Assembly (NCBI GenBank): GCA_021413905.1
Contig: JAIOPO010000003.1
Location: 1-49,870 of the forward strand
Length of the DNA stretch: 49,870 nucleotides
DNA from: Candidatus Nomurabacteria bacterium
GTDB taxonomy: Bacteria; Patescibacteriota; Minisyncoccia; Phycocordibacterales; UBA9973
Reading direction: 5' to 3'
Shown: piece after piece, positions 35,218-43,376 of the stretch
How positions within the stretch are numbered: the first letter of the stretch is position 1
How the letters are laid out: the number at the start of each line of letters is the position of its first letter
Notes under the pieces: model-generated
Database searches by the model: none
What the model saw: only the letters and a program-made list of their open reading frames with translations
What the model was told of the DNA's origin: nothing
Program-made: the position numbers and the translations under genes

Positions 35218-36216
35218 TTATCTAAACAAAGAATACGCTTTAGTAAATACAAATAAAAAACCTTGTGAAAAATGATGAACTGCTTTTTTTGTATATTTAT
35301 TGTTTTTTGTTTCTTCAACAGAAGCCGTAACATCGTTATTGGATATATTATTTTGTATTTCTACATCTTTTTTTATATTATTATTCATTATTATTTGATT
35401 ATTTTCTTTTTTATTTAATTGAGTATTAATTTCAATACTTTTATCTAATTCTATTTCTTTTGTATCGTCTGAAATTTCAGGTATTATATTTTCTGTTTGA
35501 ATATTTTGCACAGGGTTAATAGCCAACAAAATAGCACCAGCTCCTCCTCTGTGAATATTTTGTTCTGGAATATTTTCTTGATTATTATTATCAGATACAG
35601 GATCTAAGATTTGTTCAGGCTCAGATTCTATTTCAGGCTCGGGTTCAGGCTCAGGAGTAGGTGCAGGGTCCACTACAGGATCAGGTATAATTACAGGGTC
35701 TAAAATAGGTTCGGGTACTGGTGTCGGGTCTGGTATTGGATCTGGTAAAGGATTTGGTATTTCTACCGGAGGTAAAACCAAAGGAATATTTTCAGTTGTA
35801 AACTCATGATTTGATCTAGACGAATGAAGCCATCTATCAGCAGAAACCATAGAATCACCATTCAAATCTTTTATACCAGAATCTGCATAAATATAATACT
35901 GTTTATTATACTCCAAAGGATTTAACGGTTTAATATTTATCAATGTATTATTTTCTGCAAAATCAAATGCAACAGGGACAGCAGTAGCATCTACGGCAGA
36001 CACAGAAAAAATACGCAATTGCACATCCTTATCATTGATACTATCTGGATTAAATTCTTTAGAAAACTTTATAATTGGTTTTATATTTACAGAAACATTC
36101 GTGGAATTATCAACAGGGTCTGAGGATATAATAGAAAATTCACCAGCAAAAGAATATTTAAATAAAGAAAAAATTAATAAAAATACAAAACAAAAAATAA
36201 AGATTTTATTTTTCAT
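35218..36216 (-). CDS. secreted protein with SbsA-type Ig-like domain and Pro-rich (PxP) spacer
   Basis: Signal peptide, then SSDPVDNSTNVSVNIKPIIKFSKEFNPDSI (Big_5/SbsA_Ig-like), then PDPIPDPTPVPEPILDPVIIPDPVVDPAPTPEPEPEPE. Confidence 0.55.
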   Translation of the reverse strand: MKNKIFIFCFVFLLIFSLFKYSFAGEFSIISSDPVDNSTNVSVNIKPIIKFSKEFNPDSINDKDVQLRIFSVSAVDATAVPVAFDFAENNTLINIKPLNPLEYNKQYYIYADSGIKDLNGDSMVSADRWLHSSRSNHEFTTENIPLVLPPVEIPNPLPDPIPDPTPVPEPILDPVIIPDPVVDPAPTPEPEPEPEIESEPEQILDPVSDNNNQENIPEQNIHRGGAGAILLAINPVQNIQTENIIPEISDDTKEIELDKSIEINTQLNKKENNQIIMNNNIKKDVEIQNNISNNDVTASVEETKNNKYTKKAVHHFSQGFLFVFTKAYSLFR

Positions 36217-36280
36217 AATATTATTAATTATTTATAATTAATAATATTATAATATTTTAAAATAAATAGTAAATACACTG

Positions 36281-36352
36281 AGCCGTTGGTGAGGATTGAA
36301 CTCACGCTCTCCCCATTACCAATGGAGTGCTTTACCACTAAGCTACAACGGC
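36281..36352 (-). tRNA. tRNA-Thr (anticodon GGU)
   Basis: Hand-folded: acceptor GCCGTTG/CAACGGC, D arm GCTT-AGTGGTA-AAGC, anticodon arm CTCCA-TTGGTAA-TGGGG, T arm GTGAG-TTCAATC-CTCAC. Confidence 0.9.
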
Positions 36353-36361
36353 CTTAAATTA

Positions 36362-37393
36362 TTATTCTTTCTTTTTTATCATTGAATATATTTCAAATAA
36401 AACAAAAAGTAAAGATAAAATCAATGGTCCTAATAAAAACCCGATAGCTCCAAAGAAACTAATACCGCCTAAAACAGAAAGAAGTATTAAAACAGGATGT
36501 ATCATTATACCTCTTTCTATTAACTTTGGTTTCAACAAATTATCAATAAATCCGACAATTGTAATACCCCAAATTGCAAAACCAATAAAATGCAACAAAT
36601 TTGAATTTAGAAAAAGATAAATAGCAGCAGGTACAATAATAAGACCTGTACCAGCCCAAGGCATAAGAGCGGTAAAAGTAGTCACTGTACCCCACAAAAC
36701 AGCATTTGGAATTCCAAAAATAAAAAAACCTAATGAGGTCAAAGCACCCTGAAGTATTGCGATCAATAAAGTCCCTTTTACAACAGAATTTATTGCAATA
36801 CTCATTTTTTTGAAAATTAATTGATTATATTCTTCATCTAAAGGACTTAATCTGATTATATTTTTCTTTAATTCTTCTCCATCTTTAAATAAATAATAAA
36901 GAGCTATAAAAAATACTATACAACCTCCTGTGATAGCTATTGCATTTGAAAAAATAAAACCGAGATTATTTACCAACCAATTCAAACCGGATTTTAAATA
37001 TTGATTTATGTTTAAAGAAAAATCAACTTGTGTGGGTAAAAAATTATTTAAGCCATTTAATTGATTTGTGACTAATGCAGATAAATTATCAAAACCGCCA
37101 TTATTCAACATAGAAGAATATAAACTCGTGGATTCTTTAAAGATTTGAGTCGTCAATAAAATCAATGGGACCAAAAAGACAACAACAACCAAAATGGTTG
37201 TACTAATAGCCGAAAGACCTTTATTTTGTTTTGTAACTTTTAAAATTATTTTATAAATTGGATAAAAAATAGTAGCAAATACCACAGCAAGAATTGAGGC
37301 ATACAAAAATGGTTTAAATATAAAAAAAGTAAGAACCAAAGCAAATGCGATAAATCCAAATAAAAAATAAGTTTGTGATTTAAATTGTTTCAT
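36362..37393 (-). CDS. AI-2E family transporter (PerM/UPF0118)
   Basis: 343 aa, about 8 TM segments. The central soluble insert and the C-terminal GLIIVPAAIYLF...GFIDNLLKP block are typical of the family. Confidence 0.7.
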   Translation of the reverse strand: MKQFKSQTYFLFGFIAFALVLTFFIFKPFLYASILAVVFATIFYPIYKIILKVTKQNKGLSAISTTILVVVVFLVPLILLTTQIFKESTSLYSSMLNNGGFDNLSALVTNQLNGLNNFLPTQVDFSLNINQYLKSGLNWLVNNLGFIFSNAIAITGGCIVFFIALYYLFKDGEELKKNIIRLSPLDEEYNQLIFKKMSIAINSVVKGTLLIAILQGALTSLGFFIFGIPNAVLWGTVTTFTALMPWAGTGLIIVPAAIYLFLNSNLLHFIGFAIWGITIVGFIDNLLKPKLIERGIMIHPVLILLSVLGGISFFGAIGFLLGPLILSLLFVLFEIYSMIKKKE

Positions 37394-37420
37394 ATATGTC
37401 CACTATAGCAAATATATGCC

Positions 37421-37450
37421 AAAAATAAAAGCCGGGAATAAATCCCCGGC
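37421..37450 (-). terminator. intrinsic terminator after the 37470-37829 gene
   Basis: Minus-strand GCCGGG-GAUUUAUU-CCCGGC followed by UUUUAUUUUU. Confidence 0.7.
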
Positions 37451-37469
37451 CAATAAAATACTTTTTTAT

Positions 37470-37829
37470 TTACAAACTTTCTATTGCCTTTTTTACAACG
37501 GGCGTCACCTCTTCCCAACCCAGATTGCTTTTTTTTATTAAAACAAAATGGAAAACTGATGTTGTGCGTATTTCCTGAGCACAACCTGTTTCAAAAATTT
37601 TATTTAAAAAAGTTTTAACAGATTCAGATGCATCGATAGTATGCATTTCTGGCATATCTAATACATCGCTTCCATCAAAAACATACGGTGCTAAAATCTC
37701 ACCATTAAATGGAATTTTAGCTCGAAAACGAACCGGACTGTCCTTGAATAAAGGTTTTGAAGAAAAAAAAGACTTCAAGTCTTTTTGATTAATTCTTTCA
37801 ATTAATTGCATATGCTGATGAGTTTCCAT
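37470..37829 (-). CDS. hypothetical protein
   Basis: 119-aa ORF followed by its own terminator. No recognisable motif. Confidence 0.45.
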   Translation of the reverse strand: METHQHMQLIERINQKDLKSFFSSKPLFKDSPVRFRAKIPFNGEILAPYVFDGSDVLDMPEMHTIDASESVKTFLNKIFETGCAQEIRTTSVFHFVLIKKSNLGWEEVTPVVKKAIESL

Positions 37830-37960
37830 AAAAAGAACAAATTTTTAATTAATTTATAGATTTTGCACACGCCATTCATCGTATCTATAAAACGACATAA
37901 ACCTCTAGGGTTTAGACTATAGATTATTATATTTTAACAAAAAGTCAAATTTTTTCAGGG

Positions 37961-38034
37961 CGCGAACGACGGGATTTGAACCCGCAACCTCCCGCGTGAC
38001 AGGCGGGTGCTCTAACCAATTGAGCTACGTCCGC
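37961..38034 (-). tRNA. tRNA-Asp (anticodon GUC)
   Basis: Acceptor GCGGACG/CGTTCGC, D arm GCTC-AATTGGTTA-GAGC, anticodon arm CCCGC-CTGTCAC-GCGGG, T arm GCGGG-TTCAAAT-CCCGT. Confidence 0.9.
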
Positions 38035-38071
38035 AAATTAAATTTGCGAAATAATTTCCTCATATTGAGGG

Positions 38072-38145
38072 TGTCGATGGCAGGATTTGCACCTGCGACC
38101 TTCTCTTTATGAGTGAGATGCTCTAACTACCTGAGCTACATCGAC
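38072..38145 (-). tRNA. tRNA with CAU anticodon, elongator type (Met or lysidine-modified Ile2)
   Basis: Acceptor GTCGATG/CATCGAC (G1-C72 paired), D arm GCTC-AGGTAGTTA-GAGC, anticodon loop CTCATAA, T arm GCAGG-TGCAAAT-CCTGC. Confidence 0.8.
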
Positions 38146-38192
38146 AAATAAATCTTCAACAATGACACGAAGGCATGTCACTTGCCGAATTG

Positions 38193-38263
38193 TTGCGGGA
38201 CCACGAATCGAACGTGGGTCTCAAGGTTATGAGCCTTGCGAGATGCCTCTTCTCTATCCCGCT
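38193..38263 (-). tRNA. tRNA with CAU anticodon, initiator-like
   Basis: Unpaired 1:72 position (A/A), A11:U24 in the D stem (GAGA/TCTC), anticodon arm CAAGG-CTCATAA-CCTTG with G30-C40 and G31-C39, T arm CCACG-TTCGATT-CGTGG. Confidence 0.75.
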
Positions 38264-38284
38264 ATAATTTAAATATAATGCAAA

Positions 38285-38369
38285 ATTAAAATCGGTCTTT
38301 AGGCTCATAACCTTAGGTTATTCGCGCTATTAACTCCTTTCGGAGATGCCTCTTCTCTATCCCGCTATA
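38285..38369 (-). pseudogene. scrambled partial copy of the initiator-like tRNA (5' acceptor strand + D arm, then rearranged anticodon-arm sequence)
   Basis: The 27-nt exact direct repeat gagatgcctcttctctatcccgctata occurs at 38240-38266 and 38343-38369. The 13-nt anticodon-arm segment is present inverted (aaggttatgagcc at 38223-38235 vs ggctcataacctt at 38302-38314). No T arm or 3' acceptor strand is present. Confidence 0.6.
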
Positions 38370-38437
38370 TTTTATAACACCAAAATCACCCTTTTTCAGA
38401 GTATATTCATTTTAACTTAAAACCTTAAAAAAGTAAA

Positions 38438-39106
38438 CTAGATATAACCGAATTCCCTAAATACATTTTCATAAAGCATAACCACACGATTTGCTTCATG
38501 TTTTGTAATTTCATAACGAAGACCTTCATGAGCTATGCGATTACGCACAATATGCGCTTCCCAAGCATCATCTAAAGTTTTAAATTTATCTCTATTTACA
38601 GACTTCAAACGTTCACCTAAATTCTCCCCTTCGAATTCAAGTCTGTCAGTCAAATCCTCAAGCATTGAATCAGATTCCATTATAGCTAAACGCCAATCAC
38701 TCGGATTTTCAGATGATAAATAATTCAATACATGCATCCATCTTTCATTTCGCACACCCGAAACTTTATCAGTAGATGCATTTAATTTTTCTGCCTGTTT
38801 ATGAGCATACTCCTCGATCTCCTCATGTAAATGATGGTGTTCTTTTTTTCTTATTTCAAAAAGTCTGATCGTGCAATAGGTTATAATAGAAACAAAAAAA
38901 ACTATAAGAATAAAAAAAATAATTTGAAAAGTTTGATTTGAATAAATAGAAAAAATAAAATCTAAAATCTTACGAAATAAAGAAAATAAAGAATTAAAAA
39001 TATGACCCAAGTCCAAAGACGGAATATTAAATAAATCCGGATTATTATTGGCTACGATATCTGCATCGTGCACTTCTAATGGTTGTGTATAATTAAAGGA
39101 ATCCAT
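38438..39106 (-). CDS. membrane-anchored hypothetical protein with C-terminal helical domain carrying an Rx4H (RNRIAH) motif
   Basis: Central TM segment (FQIIFFILIVFFVSIITYCTIRLF). The C-terminal LGERLKSVNRDKFKTLDDAWEAHIVRNRIAHEG is HEPN/DUF4145-like by pattern only. Confidence 0.4.
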   Translation of the reverse strand: MDSFNYTQPLEVHDADIVANNNPDLFNIPSLDLGHIFNSLFSLFRKILDFIFSIYSNQTFQIIFFILIVFFVSIITYCTIRLFEIRKKEHHHLHEEIEEYAHKQAEKLNASTDKVSGVRNERWMHVLNYLSSENPSDWRLAIMESDSMLEDLTDRLEFEGENLGERLKSVNRDKFKTLDDAWEAHIVRNRIAHEGLRYEITKHEANRVVMLYENVFREFGYI

Positions 39107-39131
39107 ATCTTTATATTAACACAAAATCTTA

Positions 39132-41369
39132 TTAGATAATATCAAGTTCCATAAAAAATGTAGAACCTTTGCCTGGACCGTCAGACTCAACCCAAATATG
39201 CCCCTTATGAGCTTCTACAATTTGTTTTGCTAAATACAAACCAAGCCCAGAACCACTGGTATTCATTTTCATTCCGTCTCCACGTGCAAATTTCTTAAAC
39301 AAAGTTTCACGTATTTCTTCGGTCATTCCCATACCAGTATCAGAAACAGCCAATAAAATATTTTTTAAATTCTCATCTTTAGTCAGAGTCACTTTTATAC
39401 TTCCGGTTTTAGTATATTTAACAGAATTATCAATAAGATTTAAAACAACTTGTCGTATTTTTTCCATATCACCGTTTACTGTATATGGAGATTTATTATC
39501 AGTTTCAAAAGTTAATTTCAATCCTTTCTTTTCAGCATTTAAAGCTAAATCACTAGAAATATCTTTAACTTGTTTTTCAATATCAAAAGGACTCATGACA
39601 TATTGCATACCACCTTGCTCTATCTTGGCGACATTTAACAAATCTTCTACAACCATGGCCAAATGCTGACTTGATTGAAACACTCGATCTATGGCTTCTT
39701 TTTGTTTATCGGTAATAGCTCCAAAATCCCCTTCCAAAAGCATAGAAGAATACCCTTTAATAGCAGTAAGAGGGCTACGAAGCTGATGTGAAGCCAAAGA
39801 CAAGAATTCTGTTTTTAATTTATCAAGTGATTTTAATTTCTCATTTGCATCTTGTAAATTTTTATACAAAAATGATTTATCCAAAGCAACAGCAATAACA
39901 TCTACGAAACTTTTAATAGCATCTTTCTCATGAGCATTTAAAGATTCATAATCTCTATTGAAACCCAAAATCAACCCGCCCAAAACCTGACTTTGTGTTT
40001 GTAAAGGAAATAACATCACAGTCTTAATATGAGATTCTTGGACCAATCTTTCCAAATACTGAGGTTTCATCAATCCTCCCCATACATCTGTAATATTGTT
40101 AGTTAAATTTGATTTTTTCTCATAAATAGATTGATTAAAAAATGCATGCTTTGAAACATTCGTAATCACAACATCCTTTAAATAAAAACCAAAACTTTCA
40201 ACTGTTTTTATAAGTCTTTCTGATTTTGAAAAATTAATAGGTGTTAGAGAATCTGAATTTGAATCAAAAATCAAAACTCCAGCTGTTTCCAAATTTAAAT
40301 CAATACGTATAGCACTTGTAATTTTTTCTGACAAATTATTTACATCCAAAGAGAGTAATGATATTTGATACAATTTTCGAAGCAAAGAAAGTGTCTTGTT
40401 TTTGACAGACATTTCCACGTTTTGTTTATACAAATCTTGAGTTAAATTTTCTAATTTATTTTTCTCCTCTTCTTTTCCCAGATTACGAATCAAGAAATAT
40501 CCGAAAAATAAAATACCTATCAAGGAAACAATATTTAATATTTTACTACTCAATGTCTGAGTAAATGCAAATTGAGCTCCTGTCAAAATAACTAAAGCAA
40601 AAACCAAGGCCTTTGATGCTACCAACTGAATATTAAACATTTGTTTTTTAACAATAAGACGAATTAGAAAAATTGCCAAAATAGGCATACCAAACAATCC
40701 AAATTGAGCCATATTCCAATTTTCAGTCAATGAACCGACAATATTCCCTGAAGCAAAAAGTAAAAGAAAAAGGGATATACCTACAGACAATGAAGATATA
40801 AATTTTCTTTCTTCTTTATCTTTACAAGATATATATTTTTTAATTGCAAAAATTATGATAATAATGGAAATTAAAATTTCCAAACCATAAGCATAATATA
40901 AAGCCATAGGCCCTTCTATGGAAAGACAAGTGGACATATCAAAACCTATCAAATTAAAAATTGTCGGCAATAATAAAATCAAAGGAAGAAAAGCTGAAAA
41001 TAAAATAATTTTAAATTTATTCGGTAAATCATTTTTATTCAACATGACATAAATCAAATACAAACTGCCCACAAATACAGCCGGCTCAAATAAAAGTAAA
41101 GCTGACCAAGAGAACATTATGATATCTGGTCTATTTGAAGCCCAAATCACAGAATCAAGACCGAGCCAACACGCAAAAGCAGACAAAGTAAAGAGTAATA
41201 CATTATTTGCTAAATTTTTCTTGCCGTTCATGTAAATAAAAATCCCCAACAACAAAGAAATGACCAAAATTGGTAAATGAGAATAATACACTATCGCCGG
41301 TACATTAGGCGAAAAAAGCAAGAAATGAGGAGAAGGAATATTGCAAAATAATGTTGGATAAGAAAACAT
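39132..41369 (-). CDS. sensor histidine kinase (multi-TM N-terminal sensor, GAF-like region, HisKA, HATPase_c)
   Basis: H-box FLSLASHQLRSPLTAIKGY, N-box NLIDNSVKYT, G-boxes VSDTGMGM and GSGLGLYLAK. About 8 N-terminal TM segments. Confidence 0.85.
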   Translation of the reverse strand: MFSYPTLFCNIPSPHFLLFSPNVPAIVYYSHLPILVISLLLGIFIYMNGKKNLANNVLLFTLSAFACWLGLDSVIWASNRPDIIMFSWSALLLFEPAVFVGSLYLIYVMLNKNDLPNKFKIILFSAFLPLILLLPTIFNLIGFDMSTCLSIEGPMALYYAYGLEILISIIIIIFAIKKYISCKDKEERKFISSLSVGISLFLLLFASGNIVGSLTENWNMAQFGLFGMPILAIFLIRLIVKKQMFNIQLVASKALVFALVILTGAQFAFTQTLSSKILNIVSLIGILFFGYFLIRNLGKEEEKNKLENLTQDLYKQNVEMSVKNKTLSLLRKLYQISLLSLDVNNLSEKITSAIRIDLNLETAGVLIFDSNSDSLTPINFSKSERLIKTVESFGFYLKDVVITNVSKHAFFNQSIYEKKSNLTNNITDVWGGLMKPQYLERLVQESHIKTVMLFPLQTQSQVLGGLILGFNRDYESLNAHEKDAIKSFVDVIAVALDKSFLYKNLQDANEKLKSLDKLKTEFLSLASHQLRSPLTAIKGYSSMLLEGDFGAITDKQKEAIDRVFQSSQHLAMVVEDLLNVAKIEQGGMQYVMSPFDIEKQVKDISSDLALNAEKKGLKLTFETDNKSPYTVNGDMEKIRQVVLNLIDNSVKYTKTGSIKVTLTKDENLKNILLAVSDTGMGMTEEIRETLFKKFARGDGMKMNTSGSGLGLYLAKQIVEAHKGHIWVESDGPGKGSTFFMELDII

Positions 41370-41545
41370 ATTATGTATTTTTCTGAAGATTAATAATTGT
41401 AAAATCTTTATTTATTATATATTTATTAAAAGAAAAAAATATTGAAATAAAACCAAAAATAATAATGGTAAAGAAAAATATTTTCGCACTTCGATTAACT
41501 TGTATATCCATTGATACAATTATATATTTTATGAGAATAAAATGC

Positions 41546-41577
41546 AAAAAAAGCTGATTGTAAAAATCAGCTTTTTG
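41546..41577. terminator. bidirectional intrinsic terminator
   Basis: Stem agctgatt/aatcagct with loop gtaaa, flanked by A6 and T5 runs. Immediately downstream of the 41591-42157 gene. Confidence 0.7.
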
Positions 41578-41590
41578 TCTTATCTTTTTA

Positions 41591-42157
41591 TTAAGTGCTT
41601 CGTCCCAATATCTTTAGACAAAGCAATTCAAAGGATCTTTTTAAGGAGGTTTTGTTTAAAGACAATCCACCTGAAAGATCTCTTGACTCTATTACAATCA
41701 AATTATTGGACATTTCTTTTTCTACAAAAGAAAGTAGCGAAATGCAATCTTGCCCTACCAACTTATGAGGAACTTGCCCATAAATCAAAGCCAAGTAATT
41801 TTTATTATGAACAATATTTTCAATATGAAAAGTCTTTTTAACATTTTCATACTGGAAATGAAATTCAAAAACATCAGACGGTATACCAAAACTTTTAGCC
41901 ATACCTAAAATTTGATCACGTGGAATATTGCATTCGCCCACAATACAAATCTTTAATCTTTTATTTTTTTCAAAAAAATCAGCGACAAAATCTGATAAAA
42001 TTTCTTTTTTTCTTTCTGGTCCAGAGAGTAAAATATCAGATTGTTTGCTAATTACAATATCTAAAATCAACTCAAGATTCACAACCGCTAATTCTTTTTT
42101 TTCAGCAAGAGAATAAATCTGCATCAATTTAGATGCAATGCGCTCAAGACTAACCAT
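41591..42157 (-). CDS. hypothetical protein
   Basis: 188-aa ORF with its own terminator. The LKICIVGECNIPRDQILGMAKSFGI region looks like a small alpha/beta (Rossmann-like) unit. No confident family. Confidence 0.4.
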   Translation of the reverse strand: MVSLERIASKLMQIYSLAEKKELAVVNLELILDIVISKQSDILLSGPERKKEILSDFVADFFEKNKRLKICIVGECNIPRDQILGMAKSFGIPSDVFEFHFQYENVKKTFHIENIVHNKNYLALIYGQVPHKLVGQDCISLLSFVEKEMSNNLIVIESRDLSGGLSLNKTSLKRSFELLCLKILGRST

Positions 42158-42239
42158 ATTTCCTCCTTTTAAGAACGTTAATTACCTATTGTTATAATAC
42201 AATATTATATAGAAAAAAGCAAGAAGATATTTTATTAAC

Positions 42240-42545
42240 CTATTTTAAACTAGATGGAATATCTGCTTCTGGTAATTCCGCAATCAGATCTTGGACGGAT
42301 TCGCGAGAAACTTCGTGTGAGAGTTTACCGAAAAGTTTTTCATATTGCAAAACCAAATTATCCAAAACATCTTTTGCATTTCCATCGAAAGCAAACTCCC
42401 CTTTTTGTTTGTTGATTATATGCAAACCGGGAACTTTGAAAGCTTCATCCCAAGCCAAAGAACCGACAATATTCGCTTGTTCCATAATAATACGAAATGA
42501 AATCTGTGAGAAAATATTTAATTCATTTGTATTATTTTTTTCCAT
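42240..42545 (-). CDS. hypothetical protein
   Basis: 101-aa ORF, acidic, no recognisable motif. Confidence 0.4.
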   Translation of the reverse strand: MEKNNTNELNIFSQISFRIIMEQANIVGSLAWDEAFKVPGLHIINKQKGEFAFDGNAKDVLDNLVLQYEKLFGKLSHEVSRESVQDLIAELPEADIPSSLK

Positions 42546-42556
42546 AATTTTTTAAG

Positions 42557-43372
42557 CTAACTATTTTTTATTTTGTTAAAGGTTATACCGAAGTAAAGAA
42601 GCGCCAAGGTCATTAAAGCATAAGATAAACAATAAAAATAATCATTTATACCTCCGACTTCCCATATTCCCAAATTTTGCTGGTATAAAAAAATACAATC
42701 AGATAAATATTGAAAAATTAGAGCAACCAACAATAAAAGGACTGGTTTTTTCATCACCCCACCTAAAATATTTCTTGAAAAGAATAAAACCATAAATGTA
42801 ATAGAAACATAGATAGATTGTCCGACAGGATAAGCTAAATCGAGAAATAATTTTAAATAATTATTCCAATCAAAATAATGATTCTTTATTAGGAAAAAAT
42901 AAGATAAAAATAAAAATAATATAATTGTTAAGTATATAAAAACATGATTTATAATATTTTTTTTATATATCTTAAAACCACTAGCTTTAAACAACAAAAT
43001 AACCCCATAAATATAAGCCAGAACACTACCAAAGAAACCAATATCTGCAATTGATGGATATGGTACATCAACATGTAAAACTAAATCATAAAAACTAAAA
43101 ATAATCTGTCCTAAACTTTGAAGAAACAAACCAATACTAAAAAACATTATAGATCTACCAATAAGACTATTGTAACCACCCCATGACCTAGAAACAATAA
43201 GACCAACGATACCACCAATTAAAGCTAAAACCTGATATAAATCAGTCCAATTTAACTCTGAATTTGAACTTTTAAAAATATTCAATAAAGGTAAATCTAA
43301 CCAAGAAAGAGTAAAAAATAGAACTAAAAATAGAACTAAGGATAAAACTAATTTGAATTGATTTTTATTCAT
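42557..43372 (-). CDS. polytopic membrane protein, unknown function
   Basis: 271 aa, about 8 hydrophobic segments. Confidence 0.45.
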   Translation of the reverse strand: MNKNQFKLVLSLVLFLVLFFTLSWLDLPLLNIFKSSNSELNWTDLYQVLALIGGIVGLIVSRSWGGYNSLIGRSIMFFSIGLFLQSLGQIIFSFYDLVLHVDVPYPSIADIGFFGSVLAYIYGVILLFKASGFKIYKKNIINHVFIYLTIILFLFLSYFFLIKNHYFDWNNYLKLFLDLAYPVGQSIYVSITFMVLFFSRNILGGVMKKPVLLLLVALIFQYLSDCIFLYQQNLGIWEVGGINDYFYCLSYALMTLALLYFGITFNKIKNS

Positions 43373-43376
43373 AAGA

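Noticed and set aside
34309-35260. Programmed +1 frameshift in prfB.
   Set aside because: The ORF is continuous from an ATG/TTG start, and no upstream short frame ending in a CUU-UGA-like site is visible.
37390-37584. 64-aa ORF overlapping the 3' end of the 37470-37829 gene and its terminator.
   Set aside because: It spans a clear hairpin terminator and overlaps a longer ORF. It is likely spurious.
38295-38325. A plus-strand tRNA suggested by the anticodon-arm-like hairpin AGG-CTCATAA-CCT.
   Set aside because: No acceptor, D or T arms flank it on the plus strand. It is better explained as an inverted fragment of the neighbouring minus-strand tRNA.
41542-42116. Plus-strand ORFs 41542-41841 and 41928-42116.
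   Set aside because: They are antisense to the 41591-42157 gene. The first also runs through the 41546-41577 terminator.
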